36,639 bases of DNA from a virus (Duplodnaviria > Heunggongvirae > Uroviricota > Caudoviricetes): IMG/VR virus record IMGVR_UViG_2548876956_000006, one strand, 5' to 3'. The notes under the pieces were generated by a model, which was not told the origin of the DNA, ran no database searches, and worked only from the letters and a program-made list of their open reading frames with translations. Numbering within the stretch: the first letter of the stretch is position 1; each line of letters begins with the position of its first letter. Made by a program: the position numbers and the translations under genes. This document shows, piece after piece, positions 1 to 6,362 of the stretch.

Positions 1-60
1 GCAATCTCCCCTTACTTATCCGGAGGCAATTGCAATATCTCTGTGAACTTACACAGCGCT

Positions 61-201
61 ATGTCGCAAAAATCGCTTACGGCCATCACGTTCTGCGTGA
101 CGGTAATCCTCATCATCTGGATGCTGCACGGTTCGCTGTGTGAAATACGGATGAGCTTCTGGGGAGCGGAGTTTGCGGCGTTCTTACAGTGTAAGCAGTA
201 A
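61..201 (+). CDS. hok: Hok/Gef-family type I toxin (small membrane peptide, 46 aa)
   Basis: Short ORF absent from the ORF track (below length cutoff). Translation MSQKSLTAITFCVTVILIIWMLHGSLCEIRMSFWGAEFAAFLQCKQ has an N-terminal hydrophobic helix followed by the SLCE[IL] and AAFL motifs typical of Hok family members (closest by eye to HokA). Start codon choice is uncertain. Confidence 0.7.
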   Translation: MSQKSLTAITFCVTVILIIWMLHGSLCEIRMSFWGAEFAAFLQCKQ

Positions 202-287
202 GGAAACCGCGACGGGGGAGTAATCCCCCGTCAATCGGTTGCCAAGGCTGGCCGAAGTGGCACCCTATCCCATCGACAGAAACAATA

Positions 288-321
288 AAACCCGCAGCGT
301 AAAAACTGCGGGTTTTATTTT
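288..321 (+). terminator. Rho-independent terminator downstream of hok
   Basis: GC-rich hairpin cccgcag / ctgcggg followed by ttttatttt. Confidence 0.6.
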
Positions 322-392
322 GGAACTCTCACTTAGCTAGGGTACCGTTAACAACACACATAATGCTCGCAAAACAAACCAGTCAAAAGTAA

Positions 393-671
393 TTAATCAG
401 CATTCTCCTGCTTCCATTGCCGGATCATTTCATCAGTAACATCACTCTCATAACATACAACATCATACCCTCCAGTACGGCTATATGCACTGCGTCCACC
501 ACACCTACTACCATTCCTTGCATGATTATAAGGACACGCACAATTGCCTGGATATGATTCAATGGATTCTTTAATTATTTCTTTCTTGATCTGAACATCA
601 GACTTTCCTGTTGCTGCATACCCACTAAAAGATACCAAACAAAAGCAGATTGCCATTAATAAACCACATCG
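393..671 (-). CDS. Small Cys-containing secreted protein, host flank, unknown function
   Basis: AT-rich ORF. The internal Met at about 671 gives a signal-peptide-like N-terminus (MRCGLLMAICFCLVSFSGYAA); the longer upstream extension in the ORF track is probably not translated. Confidence 0.4.
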   Translation of the reverse strand, partial: RCGLLMAICFCLVSFSGYAATGKSDVQIKKEIIKESIESYPGNCACPYNHARNGSRCGGRSAYSRTGGYDVVCYESDVTDEMIRQWKQENAD

Positions 672-1140
672 CATACCGATACACTCTATTACTAACCAAT
701 CATAACCCACATCATAAAATCGAGATGTGGAGTACAACACCTTTAACAAGAAGGTGTCATAACGATAATATGTCGAGCAATTCATCAAAAAAAAGATCTA
801 TATCAAAGAGATAGAGCTCTTATCAGTACTGCAGACATCGGCATTCGAAGCAGCAGAAAAAACAGTAAATCTGACGAATTTGCCTTTTCTCAGGATGTTG
901 TCAGATTAAAAAAGATAGATTAGCGCAGGTACCTTTGGTGGATGGCTGGAGGAAAAATGAAGTCGAGTGGAAAAATCCCAGAAAAATTTTGTTTAACCGA
1001 AGTCTTGGTTCACTATGCGAAATACGGAGGAGCTGCAGGAGAATTCTGCTTCATCCTTAGAGCTTAAACAGCACGTGCACTATCATTGTTGTTTCTGCAT
1101 ATCGCCACACCACCGCCACTCTACCGCCATTGCTCAAAAT

Positions 1141-1171
1141 ACAAATACAAAAAAACCACCCGAAGGTGGTT
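1141..1171 (-). terminator. Rho-independent terminator (native terminator downstream of the tRNA-Leu locus)
   Basis: On the minus strand, hairpin aaccacc-uucg-ggugguu is followed by a U-tract; it lies just 3' of the tRNA fragment. Confidence 0.55.
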
Positions 1172-1215
1172 TCACGACACTGCTTATTGCTTTGATTTTA
1201 TTCTTATCTTTCCCA

Positions 1216-1270
1216 TGGTACCCGGAGCGGGACTTGAACCCGCACAGCGCGAACGCCGAGGGATTTTAAA
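1216..1270 (-). other. Partial tRNA-Leu(UAA) gene, 3' ~53-55 nt only (anticodon loop to CCA): prophage attachment-site core at the int-proximal junction
   Basis: Minus strand reads ...TTTAAAATCCCTCGGCGTTCGCGCTGTGCGGGTTCAAGTCCCGCTCCGGGTACCA, matching the 3' part of enterobacterial tRNA-Leu (leuZ-type) as I recall it. The sequence 5' of this does not form an acceptor stem or D-arm, so it is a fragment and not a gene. Confidence 0.6.
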
Positions 1271-1376
1271 AACTATCAACCACCATTTATAAATCATAAC
1301 CTTATGATTTTATTAACTTTGCAAATGGCTCTATACGACGCCATTTGAATCTATTGTCACTTTTTATCGCCACTTT

Positions 1377-2378
1377 TTACCCTCTATTGTCAAAAGGGTT
1401 TAATTCAACAGCAGCCTCTAAATGACCCGGAGCAAAATGCGCATAACGCATAGTCATTTTTATATCGCTATGCCCCAGTATTTTTTGCAACACAAGAATA
1501 TTTCCGCCCCGCATCATAAAATGACTAGCAAACGTGTGACGTAGCACATGAGTTAATTGCCCATCAAGGAGCTCTATCTTCGCTCTCTTAATTGCAGCGT
1601 CAAAAGCCTCATAACATGGTGAAAATAGCGCTCCTCGTTTTTTAGGAAGCATAGCCTGCAATTGAGGTGAAATCGGTACAGTGCGGTTCTTCTTTCCTTT
1701 AGTTTTAACAAATGTGATTCGACCGGGCAGTACTTGAGATTGCTTTAATCCTTCTGCTTCACTCCACCGAGCACCAGTCGCAAGCCCAATACGGACAACA
1801 ACCCCCAAATCTTTATTCCGTGACTCATCACACGCAATCAAAAGGCGTTCAATCTCATCTACATACAGAAACGCCAGCTCCTTTTCTTCCTCACGAAACT
1901 TGCGAATTCCAGTCAGGGGGTTTTCACCAGACCACTCCCCAAGGCGCTTCAGTTCGGCAAAAACAGCATGTAGATATGACTGCTCGCGATTAACGGTTGC
2001 TTCACTAAGTTTTTTCTTCCCCTTGGGATTCCATTCTCCTGATAGCCTTCTTTCCCGATAAGTAGCAAACATATTTTTGTCAAACTGAGAAGCAAATGGA
2101 TCTCCCAGCCTAGAACAAATCGCCTCAAGTTTGACTTTGCGCTCTGCACCAGAGGACAAGGTTTTGCCGTACATCTCAAACCAACGAGCAATCAACTCAG
2201 AAAGACGAGGACCAGAACCATCTTGAAACTCGTCTCCAACTCTACTATTCATTAAACGGCGCTCATAAGAGAGCGCCTCACTTTTTGTCGCAAACTGTTT
2301 ACGAATGCGTTTTCCCGATGCTCCGTAGGGATAACATTCGCAAAGCCATTTACCTGATGGAATCTTACGAACCGACAT
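1377..2378 (-). CDS. int: Tyrosine integrase (P2 Int family)
   Basis: 333 aa with the C-terminal catalytic region HVLRHTFASHF...GHSDIKMTMRYAH (R/H-x-x-R...Y signature). Adjacent to the att fragment. Confidence 0.9.
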   Translation of the reverse strand: MSVRKIPSGKWLCECYPYGASGKRIRKQFATKSEALSYERRLMNSRVGDEFQDGSGPRLSELIARWFEMYGKTLSSGAERKVKLEAICSRLGDPFASQFDKNMFATYRERRLSGEWNPKGKKKLSEATVNREQSYLHAVFAELKRLGEWSGENPLTGIRKFREEEKELAFLYVDEIERLLIACDESRNKDLGVVVRIGLATGARWSEAEGLKQSQVLPGRITFVKTKGKKNRTVPISPQLQAMLPKKRGALFSPCYEAFDAAIKRAKIELLDGQLTHVLRHTFASHFMMRGGNILVLQKILGHSDIKMTMRYAHFAPGHLEAAVELNPFDNRG

Positions 2379-2383
2379 TTTTG

Positions 2384-2731
2384 TTACTTATCACATAAAT
2401 CAAATGCAGCCTTAGTGACGTCCCCCAGATTCTTTTTTAACCCTGGGGCGGCATCATTATCTAGCCAAAATGGATTATTGTTATCTAACGGTAACGCACC
2501 AAATGTTTTACCTTTTATTCGAGCCAAACCTGTAAGCGCATATAACTTATTATCGTCAAAATTCATCACATAAGGATTACCATCAAGACACTGCAATTGA
2601 ACCTCATCTGTATTAAATGGCCATACTCCATTGAAACTCTCACGTTCAATAGTTTTAAAAGGCATTGCGACGGCGGAAAAAGAAAACATAGATAAAAAAG
2701 CAACTAATAGTTGAACCTTTTTTACTTTCAT
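2384..2731 (-). CDS. Small secreted/periplasmic protein (signal peptide, two Cys), unknown function; cargo gene
   Basis: N-terminus MKVKKVQLLVAFLSMFSFSAVA is a signal peptide; gene is AT-rich; sits 6 nt upstream of int on the same strand; SD gagg is 9 nt before the ATG. Confidence 0.6.
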   Translation of the reverse strand: MKVKKVQLLVAFLSMFSFSAVAMPFKTIERESFNGVWPFNTDEVQLQCLDGNPYVMNFDDNKLYALTGLARIKGKTFGALPLDNNNPFWLDNDAAPGLKKNLGDVTKAAFDLCDK

Positions 2732-2760
2732 GTCATTGCCTCAATTTAGCTCAAGTAAGA

Positions 2761-3411
2761 TTACAAATTAAAAAACATCCTAGAAATGACTCCGCCTACC
2801 AAAACCCCTACGCAGATAAAGAATATTATTTCTTTTGGATAAAATCGGATTAATTCTGAAGCACGAAGGCGGACTTCTGGTAAGGTCGAATTCTCTGTGT
2901 GGCTTGATACCGATTGTTGCTCCAACCACGACAATGCAGACTGTAACTGAGAACGAGTAAGATCGTTTAAACGTCCTGTACCGAAATTGATATGGCAATA
3001 CCGCAGAAGTTTTTGTCGAAGTCCACAGTCTTCACTGTTACGTAGTAATAAACTTACAAGAGTCTTACAGGCATCATGATCTTTACATCGCTCAAGCATT
3101 GTATGCAGAAAACTCTCCGCTGTTTTATATTGATTTATTGTCATATCATCAATACCAGCTACACCAATCTCCGCATGTACTTTTTGCCAAATAATAAACG
3201 CTTCAGTATTGCTAGCTTCTGCAATAGCAGCAACCAAGCTATTTAGCTCCTTACGCTGTGCCTTAAGCAAAGGGCGAGCGTCATCATCATTATTCGAAGG
3301 GATTGCGATATTGACGGTATGAGAACCATCATATCGCTCTATCTGAATATTCTTTTCGTGAAAATCACGCCCAGCAACGCGATTGTTTGAACCGTTTGAG
3401 TTGACGGCCAT
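2761..3411 (-). CDS. Tail-anchored membrane protein (C-terminal TM helix), unknown function; cargo gene in the repressor-int operon
   Basis: 216 aa; strong SD GGAGGTGAC before the ATG; C-terminal hydrophobic segment IIFFICVGVLVGGVISRMFF; no family recognised. Confidence 0.6.
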   Translation of the reverse strand: MAVNSNGSNNRVAGRDFHEKNIQIERYDGSHTVNIAIPSNNDDDARPLLKAQRKELNSLVAAIAEASNTEAFIIWQKVHAEIGVAGIDDMTINQYKTAESFLHTMLERCKDHDACKTLVSLLLRNSEDCGLRQKLLRYCHINFGTGRLNDLTRSQLQSALSWLEQQSVSSHTENSTLPEVRLRASELIRFYPKEIIFFICVGVLVGGVISRMFFNL

Positions 3412-3426
3412 GTCACCTCCCTACTA

Positions 3427-3831
3427 TCACCTACCCTTAGTTTCGTTATAGTCACGACCAGCGATACGGTTATTACCACCAGAAATATTTAACTCACGCC
3501 CTGATGGCTGAGTTTCCTTTTCACTGCCCGCACCTTTTAAAGCCCCGATCACCGCGTTTTTTACATCTAACGAAGCTGCTCGAAAGCGAGTAATCAACTC
3601 CTGCTCATCATCGTTATAAGTTTCAGGTGAGTGAATTCCCAACACAACATACTGAACATCAAGGCCAAAACGAGACAGCGCTGCCAAATACGCAGCATCA
3701 GGAAAGCTATCTCCTTTCTCATATCTAAGCTGAGTTAGCTTTTTGACTCCACCAATGTCGCTCATAGCAACTTGACTAAGCCCCAATCTTTCCCTTTCCT
3801 CACGCAACCGCTGACCAATATCATTTTTCAT
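3427..3831 (-). CDS. HTH (XRE/Cro-CI type) transcriptional repressor, probable prophage immunity repressor
   Basis: N-terminal HTH (IGQRLREERERLGLSQVAMSDIGGVKKLTQLRYEKG); divergent from the early operon; first gene of the minus-strand operon ending in int. Confidence 0.7.
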   Translation of the reverse strand: MKNDIGQRLREERERLGLSQVAMSDIGGVKKLTQLRYEKGDSFPDAAYLAALSRFGLDVQYVVLGIHSPETYNDDEQELITRFRAASLDVKNAVIGALKGAGSEKETQPSGRELNISGGNNRIAGRDYNETKGR

Positions 3832-3840
3832 ACAAAAACC

Positions 3841-3869
3841 TTGACAGGTATCTTTTTTGATACCAAAAT
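3841..3869 (+). promoter_or_regulatory. Early promoter with operator palindrome (GGTATC-N6-GATACC) between repressor and early operon
   Basis: TTGACA, then a 17-nt spacer containing the perfect dyad ggtatcttttttgatacc, then caaaat; located about 40 nt upstream of the 3907 start. Confidence 0.35.
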
Positions 3870-3906
3870 GATTTCACGAGCTATTAGATGATCACAATAT
3901 ACCACT

Positions 3907-4113
3907 ATGAAACAAGTTCTTCACGATACCAGATCACGCATTCCGCGTAACACCGCCACAGGTCCAAGACTGGCACTTCGGCTGTCCCTCGAGGAGCGAG
4001 CCGTCATTGATGAAATGGCAGCTAAAGAACAACGCTCATCCTCTAACATGGCGCGCATGATCTTCCTTCGCGGCCTAGAGCTAACCCAGAAAGAACAAAA
4101 CAAATCTTCCTGA
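3907..4113 (+). CDS. Small ribbon-helix-helix-like regulator (Cro/Apl-position early regulator)
   Basis: 68 aa; LALRLSLEERAVIDEMAAKEQRSSSNMARMIFLRG resembles an RHH beta-strand plus two helices; first gene of the early rightward operon. Confidence 0.45.
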   Translation: MKQVLHDTRSRIPRNTATGPRLALRLSLEERAVIDEMAAKEQRSSSNMARMIFLRGLELTQKEQNKSS

Positions 4114-4129
4114 TCAGGAGGCTAGTGGG

Positions 4130-4333
4130 ATGTCAGGTATAACCATCAATATCAATGTGAATGCCCCCTATGTATCCCTGCAGAAATATGCAGAGATAAC
4201 AGGTATCCCTCTTAATACATGCAAAAAGATGTTGGCTGACGGTCGAATTATTATCCGCCCCAAACGTGCCAAAATGGAAAAGCCTGAAGTAAACCTTGTG
4301 GCGATGTTAAAAGACGCTTTGGCTAACAGCTAA
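4130..4333 (+). CDS. Excisionase/Cox-like small HTH DNA-binding protein
   Basis: 67 aa; VSLQKYAEITGIPLNTCKKMLADGRI is HTH-like, as in Xis/AlpA/Cox-type proteins. Confidence 0.45.
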   Translation: MSGITININVNAPYVSLQKYAEITGIPLNTCKKMLADGRIIIRPKRAKMEKPEVNLVAMLKDALANS

Positions 4334-4354
4334 AACAATGAACAGAGCATCATC

Positions 4355-4705
4355 ATGAAAAAAAACGCTAATAATCCATACTCCAAATTTCGTAATGGCG
4401 TAGAACGCCATGTACACCACGTCGCTACCAGTGCATCACGTAGTAACAATCGCTATAACCTGAACGAAACGCACGCAACACCAGATGGGCACGCTGTAAA
4501 ACAAATCGGCGAACACACCTGGCTGATTGAGAAAGCTGGAATAGTGGTTCACAGATGCTCACGCAATCCGTTTACCGGAAACCGCATTTTTGCATTAAGC
4601 AACGGCGATAATCAGTTCGGGCAGGATTTTACATTGTACGAAGCACTGCGCACAGTCGATCGTTTGCTTCGCGGGCAAAGTTTTATTAAACAGGCTGATT
4701 TATAA
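4355..4705 (+). CDS. Early-region hypothetical protein
   Basis: ORF with protein-like composition in the early operon; no family recognised. Confidence 0.45.
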   Translation: MKKNANNPYSKFRNGVERHVHHVATSASRSNNRYNLNETHATPDGHAVKQIGEHTWLIEKAGIVVHRCSRNPFTGNRIFALSNGDNQFGQDFTLYEALRTVDRLLRGQSFIKQADL

Positions 4706-4715
4706 CAGGTGCTTT

Positions 4716-4994
4716 ATGACTAAAGACCATGCACAAGGTGTATTTATCCGCTTTATTGATTTTCGCGGTGAACTGTTATTACGAGCATCAGCTATTGACG
4801 GAGTAGTTCCATCTGAAAAAAATGCAGCTACCTACGTTTATCTGAACGGTACGCGCCTGACAGTAGAACTTCCGTACCAGACCGTTCGCGAAATAATTAA
4901 CGAAGCTGAAAAAGCTAGTCAGGTTAATGGCGATGAACCCTATATCGAAATTATCTGCATGGATTCAGAAGCTGAAATTCAGAAAGCAGATTAA
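4716..4994 (+). CDS. Early-region hypothetical protein
   Basis: ORF tightly spaced in the early operon; no family recognised. Confidence 0.45.
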   Translation: MTKDHAQGVFIRFIDFRGELLLRASAIDGVVPSEKNAATYVYLNGTRLTVELPYQTVREIINEAEKASQVNGDEPYIEIICMDSEAEIQKAD

Positions 4995-5005
4995 AGGGCG
5001 TTGCG

Positions 5006-5248
5006 ATGGGCAAAGAATATAAAACTCTCATAAACAAAGCACTTGAGCGTTTTTATTTTCGCTTAAGTGCATCAGGTACTCATGCTGAACGTGCAGCCCG
5101 TGACTCATTGACCAGGGCAATCCGGAGTCTGTATGACGTGGCTTTTTACGCTGATGATCTGGATGCACTTAACGAACTTTCCGAGCTGATCTGTGCCGCA
5201 GAATGCGGGGAGCATATTGAACCGTATAAGCTGGGGAATATTGCATGA
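5006..5248 (+). CDS. Early-region hypothetical protein
   Basis: ORF in the early operon; no family recognised. Confidence 0.45.
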   Translation: MGKEYKTLINKALERFYFRLSASGTHAERAARDSLTRAIRSLYDVAFYADDLDALNELSELICAAECGEHIEPYKLGNIA

Positions 5249-5358
5249 GTATATTTATCTCATGGCTTGTTCTGATTATTTCGGTGGTCTGCGCCATTGG
5301 GATTATGCGAATTATTCGTTCAGTAAAAAAGATTGACCGCTTTTTCACTGGCGAATAA
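5245..5358 (+). CDS. Small single-pass membrane peptide (37 aa)
   Basis: ATG overlaps the stop of the upstream gene (ATGA); translation MSIFISWLVLIISVVCAIGIMRIIRSVKKIDRFFTGE is a hydrophobic helix plus a basic tail. Not in the ORF track (short). Confidence 0.3.
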   Translation: MSIFISWLVLIISVVCAIGIMRIIRSVKKIDRFFTGE

Positions 5359-5445
5359 CAGCGCAAATAAAAACCCTAGGTTAAATAAGAAAATGTAAAA
5401 ACAATCCGCATTCGCGGAGGTATTCGCACACGCCCAGGAGGTGTA

Positions 5446-5649
5446 ATGGCAATTAAGCATTTTCCTGTCGTTCGTTTCACTTCCAGAGGACGTGAATACG
5501 AAGTCGACGAACGCCTGATTACCACAATCGACAAACACCGCTCAGAAAAGGATGCACACCACATCTATCTCACTGACGGTACTTACTTCTGCGCCACTAA
5601 TGTGGCGCGGGTGAATCTTATCAGACAGGTACAGGATCCACGCAAATGA
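5446..5649 (+). CDS. Early-region hypothetical protein
   Basis: ORF; overlaps the next gene by 4 nt (translational coupling). Confidence 0.45.
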   Translation: MAIKHFPVVRFTSRGREYEVDERLITTIDKHRSEKDAHHIYLTDGTYFCATNVARVNLIRQVQDPRK

Positions 5650-5864
5650 GCAGGAGAAGAATCACTCGCAAACATCACCGCACACACCTGAATTCCTCAG
5701 CAACGCTAAGGGCACTTATTAAAAGCGAGATCGGTGATTTCTTCGCGGGAGTTGGCTCACCAGGTGAACCAGAAACACCAGAAGCGATACAGCGTGAGCT
5801 CATGATACGCATAGATAGCACTTTTGATTTCTTCTACAGCATGCACGGAATTAAACAGAAATGA
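5646..5864 (+). CDS. Early-region hypothetical protein
   Basis: ORF in the early operon; no family recognised. Confidence 0.4.
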   Translation: MSRRRITRKHHRTHLNSSATLRALIKSEIGDFFAGVGSPGEPETPEAIQRELMIRIDSTFDFFYSMHGIKQK

Positions 5865-5972
5865 ACCTCAAGCCAGCAATAACTACTCGTAGAACGCCAA
5901 TTCCTGTAACCGACCGCTTCTGAGTTTTTTGGCAGGAAGCCTTCGCACATCCTTAGTAGAGAGAATTGCAGC

Positions 5973-6362
5973 ATGATTGACGCTCATGACTTCACAAGAT
6001 GGGTGCGCACACAGGACACCCGTCTGGCTCCCGTTCTTCAGGGATTATTTGATCTCTACATCCGTGGTCGTGACAACAGAGCACGCACTACAAAACCGGA
6101 GAATGCGGACACCCTTTATTTCACAGTAGACGACTGCTACCGCGTGGACTTAACACCACACGGGCTGGCGTTGCGCTGCCTGACACCGCATGGCGAATCA
6201 CTGCTGGCGTATTACGACTCCCCGGCCTCCGTATTTGCGGCAATGCTGGCGCATCACACTGCTGGCGGGTGTGCCTCGCTGAGTGAATACACCGCTGAAT
6301 TTAACCGCCTTTCCACCATCTTCTCGCAGGAGTGGCAGCGCGTGACGGGATACCAGCCATGA
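5973..6362 (+). CDS. Early-region protein immediately upstream of A (position of P2 B/orf83-like genes)
   Basis: 129-aa ORF whose stop overlaps the A start (ATGA). Confidence 0.5.
   Translation: MIDAHDFTRWVRTQDTRLAPVLQGLFDLYIRGRDNRARTTKPENADTLYFTVDDCYRVDLTPHGLALRCLTPHGESLLAYYDSPASVFAAMLAHHTAGGCASLSEYTAEFNRLSTIFSQEWQRVTGYQP

Noticed and set aside
940-1003. Imperfect similarity between 940-1003 and 36455-36523 (shared ...GTTTAACCGA.G... core) considered as att direct repeats
   Set aside because: Only about 60-65% identical with an 11-bp exact core, far too divergent for integrase-generated att duplicates, and chance 11-mer matches are expected in 36 kb. The tRNA fragment beside int is the better att candidate.
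1015-1292. Plus-strand ORFs (84 and 68 aa) over the tRNA fragment and terminator
   Set aside because: They read through a tRNA-derived segment and a terminator hairpin; no coding signal; spurious.
1216-1300. Possibility of a complete tRNA-Leu gene
   Set aside because: Only the 3' ~55 nt match tRNA-Leu; the sequence where the acceptor 5' strand and D-arm should be (1271-1300) neither matches nor can pair with the 3' acceptor strand.
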